From: Eledone cirrhosa
Lineage: Eukaryota
Direction of reading: 5' to 3'
NCBI GenBank assembly: GCA_964016885.1
Contig: OZ024741.1
Location: forward strand, 24,056,001 to 24,120,000
Length of the DNA: 64,000 nt
The notes under the pieces are model-generated. The model saw nothing but the letters and a program-made list of their open reading frames with translations. It had not been told where the DNA came from and made no database searches. Within the stretch, counting starts at the first letter, position 1. Every line of letters starts with the position of its first letter. Shown one piece after another: positions 1 to 14,692 of this stretch. Made by a program: the position numbers and the translations under genes.

Positions 1-3000
1 CTGCAGCTGTCACCTAACCCTAATCCAGTACATATATAATAAAAGACTGTGCTGCAGCCATGACCTAACCCTAATCCAGTACATATATAGTAAAAGACTG
101 TGCTTCAGCTGTCACCTAACCCTAATCCAGTACATATATAGTAAAAGACTGTGCTTCAGCTGTCACCTAACCCTAATCCAGTACATATATAATAAAAGAC
201 TGTGCTGCAGCCATGACCTAACCCTAATCCAGTACATATATAGTAAAAGACTGTGCTTCTGCTGTCACCTAACCCTAATCCAGTACATATATAGTAAAAG
301 ACTTTGCTTCAGCTGTCACCTAACCCTAATCCAGTACATATATAGTAAAAGACTGTGCTTCAGCTGTCACATAACCCTAATCCAGTACATATATAGTAAA
401 AGACTGTGCTTCAGCCATGACCTAACCCTAATCCAGTACATATATAGTAAAAGGCTGTGTTTCAGCTGTCACCTAACTCTAATCCAGTACATATATAGTA
501 AAAGACTGTGCTTCAGCTGTCACCTAACTCTAATCCAGTACATATATAGTAAAAGACTGTGCTTCAGCTGTCACCTGACCCTAATCCAGTACATATATAG
601 TAAAAGACTGTGCTTCAGCCATGACCTAACACTAATCCAGTACATATATAGTAAAAGACAGTGCCTCAGCTGTCACCTAACCCTAATCCAGTACATATAT
701 AGTAAAAGACTGTGCTTCAGCTGTCACCTGACCCTAATCCAGTACATATATAGTAAAAGACTGTGCTTCAGCTGTCACCTGACCCTAATCCAGTACATAT
801 ATAGTAAAAGACTGTGCTTCAGCCATGACCTAACACTAATCCAGTACATATATAGTAAAAGACAGTGCCTCAGCTGTCACCTAACCCTAATCCAGTACAT
901 ATATAGTAAAAGACTGTGCTTCAGTTGTCACCTAACCCTAATCCAGTACATATATAGTAAAAGACTGTGCTTCAGCTGTCACCTAACCCTAATCCAGTAC
1001 ATATATAGTAAAAGACTGTGCTTCAGCTGTCACCTAACCCTAATCTAGTACATATATAGTAAAAGACTGTGCTTCAGCCATGACCTAACCCTAATGCAGT
1101 ACATATATAGTAAAAGACTGTGCTTCAGCTGTCACCTAACCTTAATCCAGAACATATATAGTAAAAGACTGTGCTTCAGCTGTCACCTAACCCTAATGCA
1201 GTATATATATAGTAAAAGACTGTGCTTCAGCCATGACCTAACCCTAATCCAGTACATATATAGTAAAAGACTGTGCTTCAGCTGTCACCTAACTCTAATC
1301 CAGTACATATATAGTAAAAGACTGTGATTCAGCTGTCACCTAACTGTAATCCAGTACATATATAGTAAAAGACTGTGCTTCAGCTGTCACCTAACCCTAA
1401 TCCAGTACATCTATAGTAAAAGACTGTGCTTCAGCCATGACCTAACCCTAATCCAGTACATATATAGTAAAAGACTGTGCGTCAGCCATGACCTAACCCT
1501 AATGCAGTACATATATAGTAAAAGACTGTGCTTCAGCTGTGACCTAACCTTAATCCAGTACATATATAGTAAAAGACTGTGCTTCAGCTGTCACCTAACC
1601 CTAATGCAGTACATATATAGTAAAAGACTGTGCTTCAGCCATGACCTAACCCTAATCCAGTACATATATAGTAAAAGACTGTGCTTCAGCTGTCACCTAA
1701 CTCTAATGCAGTACATATATAGTAAAAGACTGTGCTTCAGCTGTCACCTAACTCTAATCCAGTACATATATAGTAAAAGACCGTGCCTCAGCCATGACCT
1801 AACTCTAATCCAGTACATATATAGTAAAAGACTGTGCTTCAGCTGTCACCTAACCCTAATCCAGTACATATATAGTAAAAGACTGTGCTTCAGCCATGAC
1901 CTAACCCTAATCCAGTACATATATAGTAAAAGACTGTGCTTCAGCTGTCACCTAACCCTAATCCAGTACATATATAGTAAAAGACTGTGATTCAGCCATG
2001 ACCTAACCCTAATCCAGTACATATATAGTAAAAGACAGTGCCTCAGCTGTCACCTAACCCTAATCCAGTACATATATAGTAAAAGACTGTGCTTCAGCTG
2101 TCACCTAACCCTAATCCAGTACATATATAGTAAAAGACTGTGCTTCAGCTGTCACCTAACCCTAATCCAGTACATATATAGTAAAAGACTGTGCTTCAGC
2201 TGTCACCTAACCCTAATCCAGTACATATATAGTAAAAGACTGTGCTTCAGCTGTCACCTAACCCTAATCCAGTACATATATAGTAAAAGACTGTGCTTCA
2301 GCCATGACCTAACCCTAATCCAGTACATATATAGTAAAAGACTGTGCTTCAGCCTTGACCTAACCCTAATCCAGTACATATATAGAAAAAGACTGTGCTT
2401 CAGCTGTCACCTAACTCTAATCCAGTACATATATAGTAAAAGACCGTGCCTCAGCCATGACCTAACTCTAATCCAGTACATATATAGTAAAAGACTGTGC
2501 TTCAGCTGTCACCTAACCCTAATCCAGTACATATATAATAAAAGAATGTGCTTCAGCCATGACCTAACCCTAATCCAGTACATATATAGTAAAAGACTGT
2601 GCTTCAGCTGTCACCTAACTCTAATCCAGTACATATATAGTAAAAGACTGTGCTTCAGCTGTCACCTAACTCTAATCCAGTACATATATAGTAAAAGACC
2701 GTGCCTCAGCCATGACCTAACTCTAATCCAGTACATATATAGTAAAAGACTGTGCTTCAGCTGTCACCTAACTGTAATCCAGTACATATATAGTAAAAGA
2801 CTGTGCTTCAGCTGTCACCTAACCCTAATCCAGTACATATATAGTAAAAGACTGTGCTTCAGCTGTCACCTAACCCTAATCCAGTACATATATAGTAAAA
2901 GAGTATGCTTCAGCTGTCACCTAACCCTAATCCAGTACATATATAGTAAAAGACTGTGCTTCAGCTGTCACCTAACCTTAATCCAGTACATATATAGTAA

Positions 3001-6000
3001 AAGACTGTGCTTCAGCTGTCACCTAACCCTAATCCAGTACATATATAGTAAAAGACCGTGCTTCATCTGTCACCTAACCTTAATCCAGTACATATACAGT
3101 AAAAGACCGTGCTTCAGCTGTCATCTAACCTTAATCCAGTACATATATAGTAAAAGACCGTGCTTCAGCTGTCACCTAACTCTAATCCAGTACATATATA
3201 GTAAAAGACTGTGCTGCAGCCATGACCTAACCTTAATCCAGTACATATATAGTAAAAGACTGTGCTTCGGCTGTCACCTAACTCTAATCCAGTACATATA
3301 TAGTAAAAGACCGTGCTTCAGCTGTCACCTAACCTTAATCCAGTACATATATAGTAAAAGACCGTGCTTCAGCTGTCACCTAACCCTAATCCATTACATA
3401 TATAGTAAAAGACTGTGCTTCAGCTGTCACCTAACTCTAATCCAGTACATATATAGTAAAAGACCGTGCTTCAGCTGTCACCTAACTCTAATCCGGTACA
3501 TATATAGTAAAAAACTGTGCTTCAGCTGTCACCTAACTCTAATCCAGTACATATATAGTAAAAGACTGTGCTTCAGCCATGACCTAACTCTAATCCAGTA
3601 CATATATAGTAAAAGACTGTGCTTCAGCTGTCACCTAACCCTAATCCAGTACATATATAGTAAAAGACTGTGCTTCAGCCATGACCTAACCCTAATCCAG
3701 TACATATATAGTAAAAGACTGTGCTTCATCCATGACCTAACCCTAATCCAGTACATATATAGTAAAAGACCGTGCTTCAGCTGTCACCTACATCTAATCC
3801 AGTACATATATAGTAAAAGACTGTGCTTCAGCCATGACCTAACTCTAATCCAGTACATATATAGTAAAAGACTGTGCTTCAGCTGTCACCTAACCCTAAT
3901 CCAGTACATATATAGTAAAAGACTGTGCTTCAGCCATGACCTAACCCTAATCCAGTACATATATAGTAAAAGACTGTGCTTCAGCTGTCACCTAACTCTA
4001 ATCCAGTACATATATAGTAAATGACCGTGTTTCAGCTGTGACCTAACCCTAATCCAGTACATATATAGTAAAAGACTGTGCTTCAGCCATGACCTAATCC
4101 TAATCCAGTACATATATAGTAAAAGACTGTGCTTCAGCCATGACCTAACCCTAATCCAGTACATATATAGTAAAAGACTGTGCTTCAGACATGACCTAAC
4201 CCTAATCCAGTACATATATAGTAAAAGACTGTGTTTCAGCTGTCACCTAACCCTAATCCAGTACATATATAGTAAAAGACCATGCTTCAGCCATGACCTA
4301 ACCCTAATGCAGTACATATATAGTAAAAGACTGTGCTTCAGCCATGACCTAACCCTAATCCAGTACATATATAGTAAAAGACTGTGCTTTAGCTGTCACC
4401 TAACCCTAATCCAGTACATATATAGTAAAAGACTGTGCTTCAGCTGACTCCTAACCTTAATCCAGTACATATATAGTAAAAGACTGTGCTTCAGCTGTCA
4501 CCTAACTCTAATCCAGTACATATATAGTAAAAGACCGTGCTTCAGCCATGACGTAACTTTAATCCAATCCATATATAGTAAAAGACTGTGCTTCAGCCAT
4601 GACCTAACCCTAATCCAGTACATATATAGTAAAAGACCGTACTTCAGCCATGACGTAACTTTAATCCAATCCATATATAGTAAAAGACTGTGCTTCAGCT
4701 GTCACCTAACTCTAATCCTGTACATATATAGTAAAAAACTGTGCTTCAGCTGTCACCTAACCCTAATCCAGTACATATATAGTAAAAGACTGTGCTTCAG
4801 CCATGACCTAACCCTAATACAGTACATATACAGTAAAAGACTGTGCTTCAGCTGTCACCTAACCCTAATCCAGTACATATATAGTAAAAGACTGTGCTTC
4901 AGCTGTCACCTATACCCTAATCCAGTACATATATAGTAAAGACCGTGCTTCAGCCATGACCTAACCCTAATCCAGTACATATATAGTAAAAGACTGTGCT
5001 TCAGCCATGACCTCACCCTAATCCAGTACATATATAGTAAAAGACAGTGCTTCAGCTGTCACCTAACTCTGATCCAGTACATAAATAGTAAAAGACCGTG
5101 CCTCAGCTGTGACCTAACCCTAATCCAGTACATATATAGTAAAAGACTGTGCCTCAGCTGTGACCTAACCCTAATCCAGTACATATATAGTAAAAGACTG
5201 TGCTTCAGCCACGATCTAACCCTAATCCAGTACATATATAATAAAAGACCATGCCTCAGCTGTGACCTAACCTTAATCCAGTACATATATATGAAAAGAC
5301 TGTGCATCAGCTGTGACCTAACCTTAATCCAGTACATATATAGTAAAAGACTGTGCTTCAGCTGTGACCTAACCCTAATCCAGTACATATATAGTAAAAG
5401 ACTGTGCTTCAGCTGTCACCTAACCCTAATCCAATACATATATAATAAAAGACTGTGCTGCAGCCATGACCTAACCCTAATCCAGTACATATATAGTAAA
5501 AGACTGTGCTTCTGCCATGACCTAACCCTAATCCAGTACATATGTAGTAAAAGACTGTGCTTCAGCTGTCACCTAACCCTAATCCAGTACATATATAGTA
5601 AAAGAGCGTGCCTCAGCTGTCACCTAACCCTAATCCAGTACATATATAGTAAAAGACCGTGCTTCAGCCACGATCTAACCCTAATCCAGTACATATATAG
5701 TAAAAGACCATACCTCAGCTGTGACCTAACCTTAATCCAGTACATATATAGTAAAAGACTGTGCTTTAGCTGTCACCTAACCCTAATCCAGTACATATAT
5801 AGTAAAAGACTGTGCTTCAGCCATGACCTAACCCTAATCCAGTACATATATAGTAAAAGACTGTGCTTCAGCTGTCACCTAACCCTAATCCAGTACATAT
5901 ATAGTAAAAGACTGTGCTTCAGCTGTCACCTAACTCTGATCCAGTACATATATAGTAAAAGACCGTGCCTCAGCTGTGACCTAACCCTAATCCAGTACAT

Positions 6001-6060
6001 ATATAGTAAAAGACTGTGCCTCAGCTGTGACCTAACCCTAATCCAGTACATATATAGTAA
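1..6060. repeat. Diverged long-range duplicate of ~20700-25800 (offset ~20.7 kb shrinking to ~19.7 kb through whole-monomer indels)
   Basis: Rare variants occur in the same order in both blocks. ORFs 1094 and 1502 recur at 21644 and 22052 (+20550). GAGTATGC is at 2901 and 23145. AAGAATGTG is at ~2543 and ~22787. CTTCATCCATGAC is at ~3724 and ~23764. Confidence 0.8.
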
Positions 6061-9000
6061 AAGACCGTGCTTCAGCCACGATCTAACCCTACTCCAGTAC
6101 ATATATAGTAAAAGACTGTGCTTCAGCCATGACCTAACCCTAATCCAGTACATATATAGAAAAAGACTGTGCTTCAGACATGACCTAACCCTAATCCAGT
6201 ACATATATAGTAAAAACTGTGCTTCAGCTGTCACCTAACCCTAATCCAGTACATATATAGTAAAAGACTGTCTTTCAGCTGTCACCTAACCCTAATCCAG
6301 TACATATATAGTAAAAGACCGTGCTTCAGCCATGACCTAACCCTAATCCAGTACATATATAGTAAAAGACTGTGCTTCAGCCATGACCTAACCCTAATCC
6401 AGTACATATATAGTAAAAGACTGTGCTTCAGCTGTCACCTAACCCTAATCCATTACATATATAGTAAAAGACTGTGCTTCAGCTGACTCCTAACTTTAAT
6501 CCAGTACATATATAGTAAAAGACTGTGCTTCAGCTGTCACCTAACTCTAATCCAGTACATATATAGTAAAAGACTGTGCTTCAGCCATGGCGTAACTTTA
6601 ATCCAATCCATATATAGTAAAAGACTGTGCTTCAGCCATGACCTAACCCTAATCCAGTACATATATAGTAAAAGACCGTACTTCAGCCATGACGTAACTT
6701 TAATCCAATCCATATATAGTAAAAGACTGTGCTTCAGCTGTCACCTAACCCTAATCCAGTACATATATAGTAAAAGACTGTGCTTCAGCTGTCACCTAAC
6801 TCTAATCCTGTACATATATAGTAAAAGACTGTGCTTCAGCTGTCACCTAACCCTAATCCAGTGCATATATAGTAAAAGACTGTGCTGCAGCCATGACCTA
6901 ACCATAATCCAGTACATATATAGTAAAAGACTGTGCTTCAGCTGTCACCTAACCCTAATCCAGTACATATATAGTAAAAGACTGTGCTTCAGCTGTCACC
7001 TAACTCTAATCCTGTACATATATAGTAAAAGACTGTGCTGCAGCTGTCACCTAACCCTAATCCAGTACATATATAATAAAAGACTGTGCTGCAGCCATGA
7101 CCTAACCCTAATCCAGTACATATATAGTAAAAGACTGTGCTTCAGCTGTCACCTAACCCTAATCCAGTACATATATAGTAAAAGACTGTGCTTCAGCTGT
7201 CACCTAACCCTAATCCAGTACATATATAATAAAAGACTGTGCTGCAGCCATGACCTAACCCTAATCCAGTACATATATAGTAAAAGACTGTGCTTCTGCT
7301 GTCACCTAACCCTAATCCAGTACATATATAGTAAAAGACTTTGCTTCAGCTGTCACCTAACCCTAATCCAGTACATATATAGTAAAAGACTGTGCTTCAG
7401 CCATGACCTAACCCTAATTCAGTACATATATAGTAAAAGGCTGTGTTTCAGCTGTCACCTAACTCTAATCCAGTACATATATAGTAAAAGACTGTGCTTC
7501 AGCTGTCACCTAACTCTAATCCAGTACATATATAGTAAAAGACTGTGCTTCAGCTGTCACCTGACCCTAATCCAGTACATATATAGTAAAAGACTGTGCT
7601 TCAGCTGTCACCTAACTCTAATCCAGTACATATATAGTAAAAGACTGTGCTTCAGCTGTCACCTGACCCTAATCCAGTACATATATAGTAAAAGACTGTG
7701 CTTCAGCTGTCACCTAACCCTAATCTATTACATATATAGTAAAAGACTGTGCTTCAGCCATGACCTAACCCTAATGCAGTACATATATAGTAAAAGACTG
7801 TGCTTCAGCTGTCACCTAACCCTAATCCAGTACATATATAATAAAAGACTGTGCTGCAGCCATGACCTAACCCTAATCCAGTACATATATAGTAAAAGAC
7901 TGTGCTTCTGCTGTCACCTAACCCTAATCCAGTACATATATAGTAAAAGACTTTGCTTCAGCTGTCACCTAACCCTAATCCAGTACATATATAGTAAAAG
8001 ACTGTGCTTCAGCTGTCACATAACCCTAATCCAGTACATATATAGTAAAAGACTGTGCTTCAGCCGCGATCTAACCCTAATCCAGTACATATATAGTAAA
8101 AGACCATGCCTCAGCTGTGACCTAACCTTAATCCAGTACATATATATGAAAAGACTGTGCATCAGCTGTGACCTAACCTTAATCCAGTACATATATAGTA
8201 AAAGACTGTGCTTCAGCTGTGACCTAACCCTAATCCAGTACATATATAGTAAAAGACTGTGCTTCAGCTGTCACCTAACCCTAATCCAATACATATATAA
8301 TAAAAGACTGTGCTGCAGCCATGACCTAACCCTAATCCAGTACATATATAGTAAAAGACTGTGCTTCTGCCATGACCTAACCCTAATCCAGTACATATGT
8401 AGTAAAAGACTGTGCTTCAGCTGTCACCTAAGCCTCATCCAGTACATATATAGTAAAAGACTGTGCCTCAGCTGTCACCTAACCCTAATCCAGTACATAT
8501 ATAGTAAAAGAGTTTGCCTCAGCTGTGACCTAACCCTAATCCAGTACATATATAGTAAAAGACCGTGCTTCAGCCACGATCTAACCCTAATCCAGTACAT
8601 ATATAGTAAAAGACCATACCTCAGCTGTGACCTAACCTTAATCCAGTACATATATAGTAAAAGACTGTGCTTTAGCTGTCACCTAACCCTAATCCAGTAC
8701 ATATATAGTAAAAGACTGTGCTTCAGCCATGACCTAACCCTAATCCAGTACATATATAGTAAAAGACTGTGCTTCAGCTGTCACCTAACCCTAATCCAGT
8801 ACATATATAGTAAAAGACTGTGCTTCAGCTGTCACCTATACCCTAATCCAGTACATATATAGTAAAGACCGTGCTTCAGCCATGACCTAACCCTAATCCA
8901 GTACATATATAGTAAAAGACTGTGCTTCAGCTGTCACCTAACTCTGATCCAGTACATATATAGTAAAAGACCGTGCCTCAGCTGTGACCTAACCCTAATC

Positions 9001-12000
9001 CAGTACATATATAGTAAAAGACTGTGCCTCAGCTGTGACCTAACCCTAATCCAGTACAGATATAGTAAAAGACCGTGCTTCAGCCACGATCTAACCCTAA
9101 TCCAGTACATATATAGTAAAAGACTGTGCTTCAGCCATGACCTAACCCTAATCCAGTACATATATAGTAAAAGACTGTGCTTCAGACATGACCTAACCCT
9201 AATCCAGTACATATATAGTAAAAACTGTGCTTCAGCTGTCACCTAACCCTAATCCAGTACATATATAGTAAAAGACTGTGTTTCAGCTGTCACCTAACCC
9301 TAATCCAGTACATATATAGTAAAAGACCGTGCTTCAGCCATGACCTAACCCTAATCCAGTACATATATAGTAAAAGACTGTGCTTCAGCCATGACCTAAC
9401 CCTAATCCAGTACATATATAGTAAAAGACTGTGCTTCAGCTGTCACCTAACCCTAATCCATTACATATATAGTAAAAGACTGTGCTTCAGCTGACTCCTA
9501 ACCCTAATCCAGTACATATATAGTAAAAGACTGTGCTTCAGCTGTCACCTAACTCTAATCCAGTACATATATAGTAAAAGACTGTGCTTCAGCCATGGCG
9601 TAACTTTAATCCAATCCATATATAGTAAAAGACTGTGCTTCAGCCATGACCTAACCCTAATCCAGTACATATATAGTAAAAGACTGTGCTTCAGCCATGA
9701 CCTAACCCTAATCCAGTACATATATAGTAAAAGACTGTGCTTCAGCCATGACCTAACCATAATCCAGTACATATATAGTAAAAGACGTACTTCAGCCATG
9801 ACGTAACTTTAATCCAATCCATATATAGTAAAAGACTGTGCTTCAGCTGTCACCTAACCCTAATCCAGTACATATATAGTAAAAGACTGTGCTTCAGCTG
9901 TCACCTAACTCTAATCCTGTACATATATAGTAAAAGACTGTGCTTCAGCTGTCACCTAACCCTAATCCAGTACATATATAGTAAAAGACTGTGCTGCAGC
10001 CATGACCTAACCATAATCCAGTACATATATAGTAAAAGACTGTGCTTCAGCTGTCACCTAACCCTAATCCAGTACATATATAGTAAAAGACTGTGCTTCA
10101 GCCATGACCTAACCCTAATCCAGTACATATATAGTAAAAGACTGTGCTTCAGCTGTCACCTAACCCTAATCCAGTACATATATAGTAAAAGACTGTGCTT
10201 CAGCTGTCACCTAACCCTAATCCAGTACATATATAATAAAAGACTGTGCTGCAGCCATGACCTAACCCTAATCCTGTACATATATAGTAAAAGACTGTGC
10301 TTCTGCTGTCACCTAACCCTAATCCAGTACATATATAGTAAAAGACTTTGCTTCAGCTGTCACCTAACCCTAATCCAGTACATATATAGTAAAAGACTGT
10401 GCTTCAGCTGTCACATAACCCTAATCCAGTACATATATAGTAAAAGACTGTGCTTCAGCCATGACCTAACCCTAATTCAGGACATATATAGTAAAAGGCT
10501 GTGTTTCAGCTGTCACCTAACTCTAATCCAGTACATATATAGTAAAAGACTGTGCTTCAGCTGTCACCTAACTCTAATCCAGTACATATATAGTAAAAGA
10601 CTGTGCTTCAGCTGTCACCTGACCCTAATCCAGTACATATATAGTAAAAGACTGTGCTTCAGCTGTCACCTAACTCTAATCCAGGACATATATAGTAAAA
10701 GACTGTGCTTCAGCTGTCACCTGACCCTAATCCAGTACATATATAGTAAAAGACTGTGCTTCAGCTGTCACCTAACCCTAATCTAGTACATATATAGTAA
10801 AAGACTGTGCTTCAGCCATGACCTAACCCTAATGCAGTACATATATAGTAAAAGACTGTGCTTCAGCTGTCACCTAACCCTAATCCAGTACATATATAAT
10901 AAAAGACTGTGCTGCAGCCATGACCTAACCCTAATCCAGTACATATATAGTAAAAGACTGTGCTTCTGCTGTCACCTAACCCTAATCCAGTACATATATA
11001 GTAAAAGACTTTGCTTCAGCTGTCACCTAACCCTAATCCAGTACATATATAGTAAAAGACTGTGCTTCAGCTGTCACATAACCCTAATCCAGTACATATA
11101 TAGTAAAAGACTGTGCTTCAGCCATGACCTAACCCTAATTCAGTACATATATAGTAAAAGGCTGTGTTTCAGCTGTCACCTAACTCTAATCCAGTACATA
11201 TATAGTAAAAGACTGTGCTTCAGCTGTCACCTAACTCTAATCCAGTACATATATAGTAAAAGACTGTGCTTCAGCTGTCACCTGACCCTAATCCAGTACA
11301 TATTTAGTAAAAGACTGTGCTTCAGCCATGACCTAACACTAATCCAGTACATATATAGTAAAAGACTGTGCTTCAGCTGTCACCTAACTCTGATCCAGTA
11401 CATATATAGTAAAAGACCGTGCCTCAGCTGTGACCTAACCCTAATCCAGTACATATATAGTAAAAGACTGTGCCTCAGCTGTGACCTAACCCTAATCCAG
11501 TACAGATATAGTAAAAGACCGTGCTTCAGCCACGATCTAACCCTAATCCAGTACATATATAGTAAAAGACTGTGCTTCAGCCATGACCTAACCCTAATCC
11601 AGTACATATATAGTAAAAGACTGTGCTTCAGACATGACCTAACCCTAATCCAGTACATATATAGTAAAAACTGTGCTTCAGCTGTCACCTAACCCTAATC
11701 CAGTACATATATAGTAAAAGACTGTGTTTCAGCTGTCACCTAACCCTAATCCAGTACATATATAGTAAAAGACCGTGCTTCAGCCATGACCTAACCCTAA
11801 TCCAGTACATATATAGTAAAAGACTGTGCTTCAGCCTACTCCTAACCCTAATCCAGTACATATATAGTAAAAGACTGTGCTTCAGCTGTCACCTAACTCT
11901 AATCCAGTACATATATAGTAAAAGACTGTGCTTCAGCCATGGCGTAACTTTAATCCAATCCATATATAGTAAAAGACTGTGCTTCAGCCATGACCTAACC

Positions 12001-14300
12001 CTAATCCAGTACATATATAGTAAAAGACTGTGCTTCAGCCATGACCTAACCCTAATCCAGTACATATATAGTAAAAGACTGTGCTTCAGCCATGACCTAA
12101 CCATAATCCAGTACATATATAGTAAAAGACGTACTTCAGCCATGACGTAACTTTAATCCAATCCATATATAGTAAAAGACTGTGCTTCAGCTGTCACCTA
12201 ACCCTAATCCAGTACATATATAGTAAAAGACTGTGCTGCAGCCATGACCTAACCATAATCCAGTACATATATAGTAAAAGACTGTGCTTCAGCTGTCACC
12301 TAACCCTAATCCAGTACATATATAGTAAAAGACTGTGCTTCAGCTGTCACCTAACTCTAATCCTGTACATATATAGTAAAAGACTGTGCTGCAGCTGTCA
12401 CCTAACCCTAATCCAGTACATATATAATAAAAGACTGTGCTGCAGCCATGACCTAACCCTAATCCAGTACATATATAGTAAAAGACTGTGCTTCAGCTGT
12501 CACCTAACCCTAATCCAGTACATATATAGTAAAAGACTGTGCTTCAGCTGTCACCTAACCCTAATCCAGTACATATATAATAAAAGACTGTGCTGCAGCC
12601 ATGACCTAACCCTAATCCTGTACATATATAGTAAAAGACTGTGCTTCTGCTGTCACCTAACCCTAATCCAGTACATATATAGTAAAAGACTTTGCTTCAG
12701 CTGTCACCTAACCCTAATCCAGTACATATATAGTAAAAGACTGTGCTTCAGCTGTCACATAACCCTAATCCAGTACATATATAGTAAAAGACTGTGCTTC
12801 AGCCATGACCTAACCCTAATTCAGTACATATATAGTAAAAGGCTGTGTTTCAGCTGTCACCTAACTCTAATCCAGTACATATATAGTAAAAGACTGTGCT
12901 TCAGCTGTCACCTAACTCTAATCCAGTACATATATAGTAAAAGACTGTGCTTCAGCTGTCACCTGACCCTAATCCAGTACATATATAGTAAAAGACTGTG
13001 CTTCAGCTGTCACCTAACTCTAATCCAGTACATATATAGTAAAAGACTGTGCTTCAGCTGTCACCTGACCCTAATCCAGTACATATATAGTAAAAGACTG
13101 TGCTTCAGCTGTCACCTAACCCTAATCTAGTACATATATAGTAAAAGACTGTGCTTCAGCCATGACCTAACCCTAATGCAGTACATATATAGTAAAAGAC
13201 TGTGCTTCAGCTGTCACCTAACCCTAATCCAGTACATATATAATAAAAGACTGTGCTGCAGCCATGACCTAACCCTAATCCAGTACATATATAGTAAAAG
13301 ACTGTGCTTCTGCTGTCACCTAACCCTAATCCAGTACATATATAGTAAAAGACTTTGCTTCAGCTGTCACCTAACCCTAATCCAGTACATATATAGTAAA
13401 AGACTGTGCTTCAGCTGTCACATAACCCTAATCCAGTACATATATAGTAAAAGACTGTGCTTCAGCCATGACCTAACCCTAATTCAGTACATATATAGTA
13501 AAAGGCTGTGTTTCAGCTGTCACCTAACTCTAATCCAGTACATATATAGTAAAAGACTGTGCTTCAGCTGTCACCTAACTCTAATCCAGTACATATATAG
13601 TAAAAGACTGTGCTTCAGCTGTCACCTGACCCTAATCCAGTACATATTTAGTAAAAGACTGTGCTTCAGCCATGACCTAACACTAATCCAGTACATATAT
13701 AGTAAAAGACAGTGCCTCAGCTGTCACCTAACCCTAATCCAGTACATATATAGTAAAAGACTGTGCTTCAGTTGTCACCTAACCCTAATCCAGTACATAT
13801 ATAGTAAAAGACTGTGCTTCAGCTGTCACCTAACCCTAATCCAGTACATATATAGTAAAAGACTGTGCTTCAGCTGTCACATAAACCTAATCCAGTACAT
13901 ATATAGTAAAAGACTGTGCTTCAGCTGTCACCTAACCCTAATCTAGTACATATATAGTAAAAGACTGTGCTTCAGCCATGACCTAACCCTAATGCAGTAC
14001 ATATATAGTAAAAGACTGTGCTTCAGCTGTCACCTAACCTTAATCCAGAACATATATAGTAAAAGACTGTGCTTCAGCTGTCACCTAACCCTAATGCAGT
14101 ACATATATAGTAAAAGACTGTGCTTCAGCCATGACCTAACCCTAATCCAGTACATATATAGTAAAAGACTGTGCTTCAGCTGTCACCTAACTCTAATCCA
14201 GTACATATATAGTAAAAGACTGTGATTCAGCTGTCACCTAACTGTAATCCAGTACATATATAGTAAAAGACTGTGCTTCAGCTGTCACCTAACCCCAATC
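5900..14300. repeat. Patchwork of imperfect 2.3-3.1 kb higher-order duplications
   Basis: Matching ORFs and variants recur at offsets 3008 (5926->8934), 3058 (7774->10832), 2446 (8934->11380) and 2344 (9545->11889; 10832->13176). Each offset is n x 51 minus 1-2 bp, matching the single-base deletions at ~6213, 9222, 9787, 11670 and 12131. Confidence 0.8.
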
Positions 14301-14692
14301 CAGTACATATATAGTAAAAGACTGTGCTTCAGCCATGACCTAACCCTAATCCAGTACATATATAGTAAAAGACTGTGCTTCAGCCATGACCTAACCCTAA
14401 TCCAGTACATATATAGTAAAAGACTGTGCTTCAGCTGTCACCTAACTCTGATCCAGTACATATATAGTAAAAGACCGTGCCTCAGCTGTGACCTAACCCT
14501 AATCCAGTACATATATAGTAAAAGACTGTGCTTCAACTGTGACCTAACCTTAATCCAGTACATATATAGTAAAAGACTGTGCTTCAGCTGTCACCTAACC
14601 CTAATGCAGTACATATATAGTAAAAGACCGTGCCTCAGCTGTGACCTAACCCTAATCCAGTACATATATAGTAAAAGACTGTGCCTCAGCTG

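Noticed and set aside
25-50. TATA-like TATATAG and the weak inverted repeat CAGT...TAC ATATATA GTA...ACTG as a promoter, terminator or structured RNA
   Set aside because: Short and AT-rich with only 3-4 bp stems, expected by chance, and there is no downstream unique sequence.
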